The translations under genes were made by a program, and so were the position numbers. A DNA stretch of 64,000 nt from Nitrososphaerota archaeon (GTDB lineage Archaea > Thermoproteota > Nitrososphaeria_A > Caldarchaeales > Wolframiiraptoraceae), in contig JAGGRY010000036.1 of the NCBI GenBank assembly GCA_021159365.1, forward strand, positions 4,840 to 68,839, given 5' to 3'. The notes below the pieces were generated by a model, which was given only the letters and a program-made list of their open reading frames with translations, had not been told where the DNA came from and did no database searches. This document shows, in pieces, positions 54,634-63,725 of the stretch. Positions within the stretch are counted from its first letter, which is position 1. Every line of letters begins with the position of its first letter.

Positions 54634-55191
54634 ATGTCACTCTCGAACATAATTAAGGCGGAGATTGTCCAAGACACAATAATAGTCTGGAATATAGAGG
54701 ATGGCAGAGAGCTTTACAGAGAGGGATTTTATGGAAAACCATTGGGAATAGCTAAGCCGAAGACGGCGGATTTCGACGCTCCATTAATCCTAGACATAAT
54801 TGAGGCGGTCTACTTGGTGGAGAAGGGAAGAATTGAAGTTTATCGAAATGAAAAAAGGCTAAGCCTCGAGGAGCTCATGGAATATGCTGAGAAAAATTAT
54901 GAAAGATTCAAGGAGAGATATCTAGTCTATAAAGATCTGAGGGAGAGGGGATTCGTGGTAACTCCTGGAATAAAGTTTGGAAGCGATTTCGCCGTCTATA
55001 AGCTTGGACCAGGCTTAGAGCACGCCCCATTCATAGTTCAAGTTAAGACTCCATCTGAAAATATCTCAGCCCTAGAGATAGTTAGGTCTGGAAGATTGGC
55101 AACAACGGTTAGAAAGCACTTCACAGTCGCTGTCGCCGATTCAAGTTCTGGTAAGATAGGGTATTTGTTGTTTGAGTGGTGGAGAGCTTAA
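54634..55191 (+). CDS. endA: tRNA-splicing endonuclease
   Basis: YLVYKDLRERGFVVTPGIKFGSDFAVYK...HAPFIVQVK carries the catalytic Y/H/K context of EndA. Confidence 0.85.
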   Translation: MSLSNIIKAEIVQDTIIVWNIEDGRELYREGFYGKPLGIAKPKTADFDAPLILDIIEAVYLVEKGRIEVYRNEKRLSLEELMEYAEKNYERFKERYLVYKDLRERGFVVTPGIKFGSDFAVYKLGPGLEHAPFIVQVKTPSENISALEIVRSGRLATTVRKHFTVAVADSSSGKIGYLLFEWWRA

Positions 55192-55244
55192 AGCTGAGAC
55201 TTCATGTTATCTGAGATTGTTCAAATGGTTAAAGGGAGCTGGGA

Positions 55245-56045
55245 TCAAGACTGGTTAAGCTTCTCCGCGATCTCCCTTGCCCTCCTCGTGGCCGCCTCAA
55301 CCGCCTTCATCATAGCAGTCCTAATGCCTCCCTCCTCGAGATAGAAGATACCCTCGATCGTCGTTCCCCCAGGCGTTAGAACCATCTCCTTAATCATGGC
55401 TGGATGAAGCTCTGTATCTAAGATCATCTTTGCAGTTCCATAAATCGTGTATGCTGAGGATATGTAGGCGAGGTCTCTCGGTAACCCAACCTTCAACCCA
55501 GCATGGGCCATGGCCTCGATCATGATTGCGACGTAAGCTGGTCCGCTTCCACTTAAGGCCGTGACGGCGTCCATTAAACTCTCATCTACCTCCATGCAAT
55601 ATCCCATCTCGCTGAAGAGTTCTCGAACAAGATTGATGTCCTCCTCCGTGATTTTAGGCCCTCTCGAATATGCTATGAATCCGGTCTTAACCTTCAAAGC
55701 TATGTTGGGCATCGCTCTCACGATCTTTGCCTCTGGAGCAAGCTTCTGAAGTTTTGAAATGGAGATCGCGGCCGCAACCGAGATCAATAACTTATTTCTT
55801 AAGAGATCTGAGACCTCGTTCAAGATTTCCGGAACCTTATATGGCTTAACCGAGATGAAGATTACATCCGATTCTTTAGCAACCTCCCTATTCATCCTAG
55901 TCAGTTTAACTCCAAGTTTTTCGAGATCCCTAACCTTCTCAATTTTCCTCCTCGAGGCTATGATTTTGTATTTTCCAGTTTCCGCTAAGACTTTTGCAAT
56001 CGCGGATCCTATCTGCCCGGCTCCGATGACCCCTATCGTGAGCAT
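55245..56045 (-). CDS. proC: Pyrroline-5-carboxylate reductase
   Basis: IGVIGAGQIGSAIA Rossmann motif and a C-terminal GGTTIEG motif. Confidence 0.88.
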   Translation of the reverse strand: MLTIGVIGAGQIGSAIAKVLAETGKYKIIASRRKIEKVRDLEKLGVKLTRMNREVAKESDVIFISVKPYKVPEILNEVSDLLRNKLLISVAAAISISKLQKLAPEAKIVRAMPNIALKVKTGFIAYSRGPKITEEDINLVRELFSEMGYCMEVDESLMDAVTALSGSGPAYVAIMIEAMAHAGLKVGLPRDLAYISSAYTIYGTAKMILDTELHPAMIKEMVLTPGGTTIEGIFYLEEGGIRTAMMKAVEAATRRAREIAEKLNQS

Positions 56046-56078
56046 GTGGTGATGAGGTTTAATCGGCTATAAAAAGCA

Positions 56079-57176
56079 TCATATTAGCTGGACGTCTATC
56101 AAGAGCTTTCTCGCCTCAATTGGATCGAGCTTCCGCTTATGAAGTATGGTATATCTATTCGGCCTGATCTTCCAAGCCTCGACCATCGCTTGAACCATTA
56201 AATCCTCGGGTATCTCGGCGTCTTTGAGGGTTAAGGGTATTCCAGCTCTCTCCATCAGGATCTTGATCTTCATCCAATCATATTCACCCTTCCACCAATT
56301 CTCATTATATCTCTCATGATGGAGGGCCATGGGTAAAGCTCCTAAAGCGCATTGAATTCCATGAGGCACCCTTCTCTTCAAGTTCATGTCGAGATAATGG
56401 CTGATGAGGTGCTCACTTCCAGACGCCGGCCTCGATGATCCGACGAGCATCATGGCGACTCCAGAATATACCAATCCCTCGGCTAGGCGTTCAATCTTCT
56501 CAAATGCATCATGTATCTCAAGTGCCTCAACTATCAATCTAAGCGATTTGAGGATGAATGATTCAGCGGTCTTACAATATGGTTCGCCGAGTTCATCTCT
56601 CCCAAGCTGCCAATCCTTTAAGGAGACTATCTTTGCGATTAAGTCCCCGAATCCTGAAGCCTTCAAGAATCTCGGAGCATTCGATAAGATTGATGGATCG
56701 ATCAAGGAGATTATCGGCGGCCTCGTCCTCTTCGAGATCCTCTTTCTGCCGCTGAATAGGGAGACTGTTGGGGAAGCTATTCCATCATGAGATGGCGAGG
56801 TTGGGATCGAGATGAAGGTTGCTCCAGACTTAAACGCCGCGTATTTTGCGACATCTATGACTGTTCCTCCCCCAACCCCAACTATGGTCTTAAACCCTTT
56901 AACTCTCTGAGACTTCTCCTCAGCTTCCTCATAGGTTGGTCCTTTGACGAAGAACCCTCCACCCTTCAGGATTTTTTGAACGAATTTTCCGGCGACCTCG
57001 TATGTCACCTTATCATAGAAGATTGCGAAGGGCTCCTCAACTTCTTGTTCCAAGACGTATTCCAGCAATTCCCTAAGCGGTCCGATAATAACCTCCTTTA
57101 GGGTTCTATCATGCTCGAATCCGCAGCCACATTCTTCCGATGAAGGCAGCCTGTCGCCGAATCTAAGAATTCTCAA
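56079..57176 (-). CDS. egsA: Glycerol-1-phosphate dehydrogenase [NAD(P)+]
   Basis: GVGGGTVIDVAKY, PTSPSHDGIASP and a His cluster (SEHLISH) of the iron-type ADH-like G1PDH. Confidence 0.85.
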   Translation of the reverse strand: MRILRFGDRLPSSEECGCGFEHDRTLKEVIIGPLRELLEYVLEQEVEEPFAIFYDKVTYEVAGKFVQKILKGGGFFVKGPTYEEAEEKSQRVKGFKTIVGVGGGTVIDVAKYAAFKSGATFISIPTSPSHDGIASPTVSLFSGRKRISKRTRPPIISLIDPSILSNAPRFLKASGFGDLIAKIVSLKDWQLGRDELGEPYCKTAESFILKSLRLIVEALEIHDAFEKIERLAEGLVYSGVAMMLVGSSRPASGSEHLISHYLDMNLKRRVPHGIQCALGALPMALHHERYNENWWKGEYDWMKIKILMERAGIPLTLKDAEIPEDLMVQAMVEAWKIRPNRYTILHKRKLDPIEARKLLIDVQLI

Positions 57177-57319
57177 TCCAAGCCAAGCCCAATACTTGAT
57201 ATGATAAAATCTTTTCCCTTCAGCTTCTCCTCGTGGATTTTAAGTCAATTATGGCCATAGATGATCGCTCAAAAACGTTGAAATACTCTAATATGAGCCT
57301 TTAAGGAGAACTCCCTTCC

Positions 57320-58180
57320 ATGAGAAGAGAAATAGTGATAAATATCTTAAGACCAAATTTATCTCAGTGTTATGAGATGCCCAAGCGCGTCGTGATTAAG
57401 GAGCCATCGGATGAAGAGGAGGAGGGGAAGAAGGAGCTAATAATAGAGCCGGTGGAAGAGACGGTTAAAGAAGAGGCTAAGGAGGCTACGGTGAGGCCGT
57501 CGATCACCGAGAAGGAGAGAATTCTCGAGGAAGCATCGGTTGAAGCCGAGGCAGCCTATGAGACGGTCATGGATAAGATAGATGAACTCAAGATCAGGGA
57601 GAAGGTGACTCAACAGAGATTTATGCAGCATCCAGACATGACCTTATCGATCTTAAAGAAACTGATCCAGAAGTGGGATGCACTTAGAGAGGATTTAATT
57701 AAGAATATCCAAGAAGCTCTAGAGAAGTATGGGAGACTGAAGTCTCTTCTAGAGGAGAGATTCTCATCTATAGAGGAGGAATTATACGAGAATCAAGTTG
57801 AACTCGATGTCTTACACCAACGCGAGGAACAGGGAAAACCCATCTCAGTTTCGAAGAAGGAGGAGCTTGAGAACCTGATCCCAGCTCTCAGGGAGAAGAT
57901 GGCTGAGATCGATAGAAAGATTAAGGAAATTGAAAAGAAGATGGATGAGCTCAGACACATAGCAGATAACATATACGATGAGACATCATACAAAGAATTG
58001 TCTGAGAAGTTGCTGGGTCAGATCATCGAGGTGGGGTATAGCAGATGGGGCGAGGAAGCGGATATGCGGGTGAGGTATCTTATAGGCGAGATAGCTCAGC
58101 GTGAGGGGATTCCGAGAGAATATGCGACGATATATCTATGGAAGCAGTGGAGAGAGAAGCAGCCGACGAGCACCGAGTAA
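57320..58180 (+). CDS. Acidic coiled-coil protein, function unknown
   Basis: 286 aa, Glu/Lys-rich heptads, with a C-terminal Trp-containing globular tail (YSRWGEEADMRVRYLIGEIAQREGIPREYATIYLWKQW). Confidence 0.45.
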   Translation: MRREIVINILRPNLSQCYEMPKRVVIKEPSDEEEEGKKELIIEPVEETVKEEAKEATVRPSITEKERILEEASVEAEAAYETVMDKIDELKIREKVTQQRFMQHPDMTLSILKKLIQKWDALREDLIKNIQEALEKYGRLKSLLEERFSSIEEELYENQVELDVLHQREEQGKPISVSKKEELENLIPALREKMAEIDRKIKEIEKKMDELRHIADNIYDETSYKELSEKLLGQIIEVGYSRWGEEADMRVRYLIGEIAQREGIPREYATIYLWKQWREKQPTSTE

Positions 58181-58184
58181 AGGG

Positions 58185-58580
58185 TTATCCGACTAGCGGC
58201 CTAAACTTGTATCCATACTCTATTATCCCACTTTCTCCATCTTCCCTAATCTTTCTGAGAACGGCTTCAACCCTAGCTCCATCCTTAAGCTCATCTTGGC
58301 TGAAATCGGTTAGCTGGGCGAGTATTCTCGTTCCATCATCGAGTTCCACCAATCCTATTAAATATGGAGCCTTATCCTTGAAATCCGCTGGAGCAATCTT
58401 AACGACCGTGTAGGCCAATAGCTTCCCAGTCTTCGGAAGCTCAACTTCCCTAAACCCTCTTGATCCACATCTCTTACATACGAGAGGCTTGAAGTGATGG
58501 AATGCTCCGCAGTTAATACATCTCCATCCAACAAGCCTATACCTGAACAGCTTATTCCTCCAATATCTTGGAACTCTCAT
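58185..58580 (-). CDS. DUF35 Zn-ribbon/OB-fold protein (scaffold of the archaeal thiolase/HMG-CoA synthase complex)
   Basis: CINCG...CKRCG rubredoxin-like ribbon followed by an OB fold. It is the last gene of the HMGCS-thiolase-DUF35 operon. Confidence 0.8.
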   Translation of the reverse strand: MRVPRYWRNKLFRYRLVGWRCINCGAFHHFKPLVCKRCGSRGFREVELPKTGKLLAYTVVKIAPADFKDKAPYLIGLVELDDGTRILAQLTDFSQDELKDGARVEAVLRKIREDGESGIIEYGYKFRPLVG

Positions 58581-58594
58581 CTCTTGATCCCCTC

Positions 58595-59758
58595 CTAGAG
58601 AGCCTTCAATAGAGTTACTATCGCCGTCGCCCCAACACCTCCCAGCGACTGAGCCATGCCGACCTTAGGAGAATCTACTTGATTCTTTCCAGCTCTCCCC
58701 GTGAGCTGTAGATGGAGTTCAACTACTTGATAGACTCCTGTGGCCCCGAATGGGTTTCCTCTAGCCTTTAATCCTCCAAAGGTGTTGTATGGTAGTCTTC
58801 CACCTAAGTCAAATTCTCCATTTATCGCGAGTTTACCTGATTCACCCGGCTCCGCGAATCCACTCGATTCCAAGGAGATCGCGGCCATTATTGAAGTTGC
58901 ATCATGTACCTCTATCAAATCTACATCCCCTCGATCAACCTTCGCTTCATCTAAAACCTTATTCACGGCCACACCGAGAGATTGAAATCTTAACGGATCC
59001 TCTCGCTCAAACGGCGTCATGAAGTCTGTGGCGGAGGAGATGTAAAGTTCTGTCTTCGGAGCCTTGATCTTTGACTTAAGCTTCTCGCCAATTAAGACTA
59101 TCGCCGCTGCCCCATCTCCAACACCGCTTACCTCGAATCTTCTAAGAGGCTCGGAGATATATGGTGATGATAGGATTTTCTCTAAGCTCACCTCGAATGG
59201 ATATTGTGCATGGGCGACTCCCTTGGCGTGTTTATGGCTTAGCATCGGGAAAACCGCGATCATATCATCTTTAACCCCATAATGCTTCATGTATAGTTTA
59301 TAGAGTAATGCATTGATCGAGTAGAAATCCGCACCTATGAATCCTTCATACTCCTGCCTCTCACCCATCAGGAGAGCCGATGAAACCTCCTCAGCCAATC
59401 CATCTGAGAGTTTCTCACCTCCAACGATCAAGACTGCATCAGCTTTTCCAGAAGCGATCTCCAGGGCTCCGGCGTGAATTGCGGCGGCTCCAGAGGCGTT
59501 CGCTGCCTCAACTCTATATGCTGGAGTTCCAACCATTCCGAGATCCTCTGCGATTATCGCTCCCAGATGGGCTTGCTCTTGTAGAAATTCTCCAGCCATG
59601 TTTCCGACATAGATCGAGTTTACCCGAGTTAAGCCAGAATCCTCTAAGGCTTTTAGAGCTGCTTCAACCATTAATTGCTCTAATCCTCTATCCCAATGTT
59701 CTCCAATCTTCGTTAACCCAACTCCAGCGACATAGATTTTTCCCAATTTCATGCTCAC
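58595..59758 (-). CDS. Acetyl-CoA acetyltransferase (archaeal thiolase)
   Basis: 387 aa thiolase-like fold ([15 protein letters not shown], a C-terminal GGVGAT-type motif). Overlaps the HMGCS stop by 4 nt. Confidence 0.85.
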   Translation of the reverse strand: MSMKLGKIYVAGVGLTKIGEHWDRGLEQLMVEAALKALEDSGLTRVNSIYVGNMAGEFLQEQAHLGAIIAEDLGMVGTPAYRVEAANASGAAAIHAGALEIASGKADAVLIVGGEKLSDGLAEEVSSALLMGERQEYEGFIGADFYSINALLYKLYMKHYGVKDDMIAVFPMLSHKHAKGVAHAQYPFEVSLEKILSSPYISEPLRRFEVSGVGDGAAAIVLIGEKLKSKIKAPKTELYISSATDFMTPFEREDPLRFQSLGVAVNKVLDEAKVDRGDVDLIEVHDATSIMAAISLESSGFAEPGESGKLAINGEFDLGGRLPYNTFGGLKARGNPFGATGVYQVVELHLQLTGRAGKNQVDSPKVGMAQSLGGVGATAIVTLLKAL

Positions 59759-60804
59759 CTCAATCTAAGTTTTCCCCTAAATTTAGCATAGCTGGCATAA
59801 TCTATGTAGATCTTCCTCTCGATGAAGTCCTTGAGTTTAGGCGCTCTATCTCTCTTCTCCTCGATTCCATCTAAGACTCTAAGAATATATGCGTCGCTCC
59901 CAGCCCCGGATCCGAATGATGCAAGGAGAATGGCGTCTCCAGGCTTTGCCTCATCTAAAACTCTAACCAAGCCTAGGAGACTTGTGGCACTATAAGGATT
60001 TCCCAAGAATCCTGAGATCAATCCAGATGAGACTTTCTCTCTTTCAAGCTTCAAGGCCTTTGCAACCGCTAACGGGAACTTCACATTAGGCTGATGAAAG
60101 ACGAAGTAATCTATGTCCTTAATCGAGTATCCCTCATCATTTAAGAGCTCGTTAATCGATCCCAGAATATGTCTGAAATAAGCAGGTTGACCGGTGAATC
60201 TCGCAGCATGGCTGGGATAATTTTCACTCTCTCTTCTCCAGAAATCCGGTGTATCGGTTACATATGAGTTCCAAGCCTCAATTGAGGCCACAGCATCATC
60301 CGTCAATCTCCCAATTAATAGCGCCGCGGCTCCACTTGCCGCCGTATACTCTAATGCATCTCCAGGTCTTCCTTGAGCGGTATCCGCTCCTATCGCCAAA
60401 CCATATTCTATTCTCCCACTCTCAACTAGTCCAGTTATCAATTGGATCGCCTCGGTTCCAGCCTTACACGCGAACTCTAGATCCGCTGCTAAGATGTTTT
60501 GACCGGCTCCGATGGCCTCAGCCACGATCGTCCCAGTCGGCTTTACGGCATAAGGCTTAGACTCGCTTCCAACATGTATTGCCCCAATCTTCTTAGGATC
60601 TATCCCAGCCCTCTTAACGGCGATCCTAGCCGCTTCAACAGCCATAGTGACCGAGTCTTCATCCAAGCCTGCGACCGCCTTCTCCTCTATTGGGAGTTCC
60701 TGTTTTTCTCTTCCCCAAAGCCTTCCAATCTCCTCAGCCCTAATCCTATATCTAGGAACATAGCCTCCATAGCCTTGTATCGCCACACCGTTCAGCCTTA
60801 CCAT
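59755..60804 (-). CDS. Hydroxymethylglutaryl-CoA synthase
   Basis: 349 aa. The FACKAGT active-site Cys context, FHQPN and [10 protein letters not shown] motifs match archaeal HMGCS. Confidence 0.85.
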   Translation of the reverse strand: MVRLNGVAIQGYGGYVPRYRIRAEEIGRLWGREKQELPIEEKAVAGLDEDSVTMAVEAARIAVKRAGIDPKKIGAIHVGSESKPYAVKPTGTIVAEAIGAGQNILAADLEFACKAGTEAIQLITGLVESGRIEYGLAIGADTAQGRPGDALEYTAASGAAALLIGRLTDDAVASIEAWNSYVTDTPDFWRRESENYPSHAARFTGQPAYFRHILGSINELLNDEGYSIKDIDYFVFHQPNVKFPLAVAKALKLEREKVSSGLISGFLGNPYSATSLLGLVRVLDEAKPGDAILLASFGSGAGSDAYILRVLDGIEEKRDRAPKLKDFIERKIYIDYASYAKFRGKLRLR

Positions 60805-60860
60805 TTTTCAAGGGATTTTTAGCCGCGGATCTCTTTAAATGTTTTAACGAATCTCTTAAC

Positions 60861-60870
60861 GTCAATTGAC
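60861..60870. promoter_or_regulatory. Perfect 10-bp palindrome GTCAATTGAC in the HMGCS/Lrp divergent spacer
   Basis: Read directly. A TTTAAAT TATA-like element lies at 60833-60839. Confidence 0.3.
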
Positions 60871-60936
60871 GAATAGGGAGAAGCCGCATCAGATTGGAGG
60901 AAGCTTAAGTTGATGGAGAATCTCATTTAAGGATAG

Positions 60937-61395
60937 ATGAGAGAGAGCAGGGGACTTGATGAAAAAGATCTGAAGATTCTAAGGGCATTAGAGTTCGATT
61001 CATCTAGGAGCGTTAGGGAGATCGCGGAGGAATTAGGTCTACCTAGGACGACTGTTCAAGAGAGGATTAGCAGGCTTAGGAGATTGGGCGTGATCAGGAG
61101 ATTTACGATAAAGGTCGATAAGTCCAAGCTTGGGAAAGAGGCGACCGCGTTCATCTTAGTATCCTTCATGCCTGGACCTCAGATCTCTCAAAAGATGCTC
61201 GCTCATCAAATCTCCATGCTCCCAGACGTTGAGGAAGTCCACCTAATCTCAGGTGAATGGGATATCTTGGTAAAGGTTAGAGGCTCCTCGATGAAGGAGA
61301 TAGGTGAACTCGTGATCGAGAGAATTAGAACTATGGATGGAGTCGCGAGAACCTTAACCTGCACGGTCTTCTACACCGCTAAAGAAGATCCATAA
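60937..61395 (+). CDS. Lrp/AsnC family transcriptional regulator
   Basis: LDEKDLKILRALEFDSRSVREIAEELGLPRTTVQERISRL HTH plus a C-terminal RAM domain. Confidence 0.88.
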   Translation: MRESRGLDEKDLKILRALEFDSSRSVREIAEELGLPRTTVQERISRLRRLGVIRRFTIKVDKSKLGKEATAFILVSFMPGPQISQKMLAHQISMLPDVEEVHLISGEWDILVKVRGSSMKEIGELVIERIRTMDGVARTLTCTVFYTAKEDP

Positions 61396-61502
61396 AAGAC
61401 GGAGATTACTGGAAACATACCATAAAATATCTCAAAGTATTTCATCCGTCTCCAATTATGCTTAGAGATTTAAAGAGCTACTCACGTCCTCTAACTTGAG
61501 CT

Positions 61503-62627
61503 ATGAAGGAGCTTGAGAGACTTGCCGCTGAACATGCGAGGGCAGCCGTTAGACTCGACAAGGTTGGGATGAAGAAGGAGGCTGCTCAAAAATACAAGGA
61601 AGCGATTAGGCTCTTATCGAGGTTAATCGAGCTCACCGATGATTCTATGATGAAGCAGATCTATATGGAGAAGAAGGAGCAATATGAGAGGAGGATAAAG
61701 GACTTAACCGAATCAGTTTATGAAGGATTTCGAGAACTCAGCAAACAGGTTAAGGAATCCGGTTTCGCAAAGGATCTAATCGTCGAGAATCCTCCGCCGA
61801 TAACTTGGGATGACATCATAGGGTTAGATCACGCGAAGAGGGCGATAAGGGAGAGCATAATCTATCCGATGAAGAGGCCGGACCTATTTCCCCTAGGATG
61901 GCCACGGGGGATCCTCTTATTTGGACCACCTGGATGCGGGAAGACGATGTTGGCGGCGGCGGTGGCGAATGAGATCGACGCGGTCTTCATGCATGTTGAC
62001 GCCTCTGTGATCATGTCTAAGTGGCTTGGAGAATCCGAGAAGAATATATCGAATATCTTCAAATCTGCTAGAGAATATGAGGCTCAGGGAAAGGCCGTCA
62101 TAATCTTCATGGATGAGATAGATTCCTTAACGGCGGCGAGGTTGAATGAGGTCGGCGGAGAGGCGAGGGCGAGAAACCAGCTGATAAAGGAGATGGATGG
62201 ATTATTCGATAAAGGTAAGAATACTAGGATCTATGTCCTCGCAGCGACGAATAAGCCGTGGCTCCTCGATAAACCATTCATCAGGAGATTCCAGAAGAGA
62301 ATATTCATAGGTTTACCCGATTATGAGGCAAGGTTGAAGATGTTTGAATACTATGCTAGAAAACTTGATTTAGATGGGAATGTCGAATTCGGGGAACTTG
62401 CGAGGATAACGAACGGATACTCTGGAGCAGATATCTACAATATCTGCATGGAAGTCCAGATGAAGGTTGTTAGCGAGTTCTTTGAGGAAGGGAGTGGAGA
62501 TGAGGGGAAGCCTAGGAAGATTAGGATGGAAGATTTCATGGAGATCATTAGGAAGAGGAAGCCGAGCGTTGATTTAGAATCCATGGAGAAGATGCTTAAA
62601 TGGGCTTCGAAGTATGGGACATCCTGA
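61503..62627 (+). CDS. cdvC: Vps4-like AAA+ ATPase with N-terminal MIT domain (CdvC)
   Basis: MIT-like helices (AAQKYKEAIRLLSRLIELT), Walker A GPPGCGKT, Walker B IIFMDEID, and a C-terminal Vps4 helix. Confidence 0.88.
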   Translation: MKELERLAAEHARAAVRLDKVGMKKEAAQKYKEAIRLLSRLIELTDDSMMKQIYMEKKEQYERRIKDLTESVYEGFRELSKQVKESGFAKDLIVENPPPITWDDIIGLDHAKRAIRESIIYPMKRPDLFPLGWPRGILLFGPPGCGKTMLAAAVANEIDAVFMHVDASVIMSKWLGESEKNISNIFKSAREYEAQGKAVIIFMDEIDSLTAARLNEVGGEARARNQLIKEMDGLFDKGKNTRIYVLAATNKPWLLDKPFIRRFQKRIFIGLPDYEARLKMFEYYARKLDLDGNVEFGELARITNGYSGADIYNICMEVQMKVVSEFFEEGSGDEGKPRKIRMEDFMEIIRKRKPSVDLESMEKMLKWASKYGTS

Positions 62628-62632
62628 CTCCT

Positions 62633-63367
62633 TTATCCAACGAGCTGAATCAGACCTTTTTGCTCAAGCCTCTTCAAAACATCTCTAATCTGATCCTCAT
62701 TTAATCCAAGTTCTCTGGCGCATCTCTTGAGATCGAGTTCCTCATCACTGGCCGAGATATATGAATAGACGAGCTTCTCCTCTTCACTGAGCTTTGGAAC
62801 ATCTGGGAATGCATCCTTAACTCTTTCAGCGGCCTTCTTCTGAGCTTCCTCTAAGATCTTCGACGCCTCGGCATCCAACTCTTTAGGAACCTGAACGATC
62901 TCTTCTCCAGCCTCAGACATGGATGTGAAATCCTCTATACATGATGCTAGCTCCCGAAGACTTTCAGCCGCCTCTGGAGCAACGCCTCTCACCTCGTCCT
63001 CAACCTCCGCCACTAACGAGATCAATGGAATCAGGAGTCCTAGAACATCGCTTATCTCGAGAATAGTCTCGAGTCTGAGCTTGACTTGTTCGAGGACTAG
63101 TTGGGTTTTAACTATTATTCCCGCTAATCTCCTTATTTCGGCGATCTCTTCGGCGTAGATTGAAGCCCTATTCTCATCTCCATTCATTAACGCTTGAACT
63201 ACTTCTTCAAAGTATTCCTTACTCCTTGCCACCATTTCACCATATTTTGATCTGAGCTTTATTATCTGGGCGCTTAACTGGTTGAGCGAATGCTCAAGTT
63301 TTAGCTTAAGTCTTTCTCTCGCCTTCTCGTCGAACAGTGATTCATCGAAATCTCCCTGATTAACCAT
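62633..63367 (-). CDS. cdvB: ESCRT-III homologue with C-terminal winged helix (CdvB)
   Basis: An ESCRT-III helical core followed by LVYSYISASDEELDLKRCARELGLNEDQIRDVLKRLEQKGLIQLV, a wH domain as in crenarchaeal CdvB. Confidence 0.8.
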   Translation of the reverse strand: MVNQGDFDESLFDEKARERLKLKLEHSLNQLSAQIIKLRSKYGEMVARSKEYFEEVVQALMNGDENRASIYAEEIAEIRRLAGIIVKTQLVLEQVKLRLETILEISDVLGLLIPLISLVAEVEDEVRGVAPEAAESLRELASCIEDFTSMSEAGEEIVQVPKELDAEASKILEEAQKKAAERVKDAFPDVPKLSEEEKLVYSYISASDEELDLKRCARELGLNEDQIRDVLKRLEQKGLIQLVG

Positions 63368-63484
63368 CTCTGGATTGATGAACTGAGATAGGATATTTTA
63401 TTCCTTTCTAAACGCGAATTCGTCTTAAATCTTATGAGAATTCATGCGAAATACCCCGCACATATCATCATATTGCCTAGATCC

Positions 63485-63497
63485 ATTTGATCAAAGA
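63485..63497. repeat. ATTTGATCAAAGA, copy 1 (contains the perfect palindrome TTTGATCAAA)
   Basis: Read directly. An identical 13-mer recurs at 63684-63696. Both lie in the 358-bp non-coding region upstream of cdvB. Confidence 0.6.
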
Positions 63498-63683
63498 GTT
63501 GCCGTGGATTCCCTGCTCAACTTAACTTGACGGTTTCTTCTCTTCGATTCTCCTCGACTTATGATGCCCTAATCTACAGCTCTGGCCAACAATTTCGCCT
63601 ACCTCTTCCTTCGATAATTGTTGCGAATAAGCGGATATCTCTAATGGGGTTTCTCTCGCGCCTTATCTCTTTTCTACCGACAA

Positions 63684-63696
63684 ATTTGATCAAAGA
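63684..63696. repeat. ATTTGATCAAAGA, copy 2
   Basis: Identical 13-mer to 63485-63497. Confidence 0.6.
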
Positions 63697-63725
63697 TGGT
63701 GAAGGATGTTCTAAAGATTTTGCAG

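Noticed and set aside
57320-58180. Acidic coiled-coil protein as the missing CdvA
   Set aside because: It lacks any N-terminal PRC-barrel-like beta domain. It is 3 kb away from cdvC and cdvB and separated from them by the mevalonate operon and lrp. The coiled-coil content alone is not diagnostic.
61397-61451. Inverted repeat AGACGGA ... TCCGTCT after the Lrp gene, as a terminator hairpin
   Set aside because: The stem is only 7 bp and the loop is 41 nt. It is thermodynamically weak, and archaeal termination does not require hairpins.
63376-63386. C-box/D-box-like string TGATGA-A-CTGA next to the cdvB start, and CTGATGA at 29440-29446 upstream of the tRNA
   Set aside because: The boxes are adjacent to each other, with no guide region, no C'/D' boxes and no terminal stem. 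They are not a plausible C/D sRNA.
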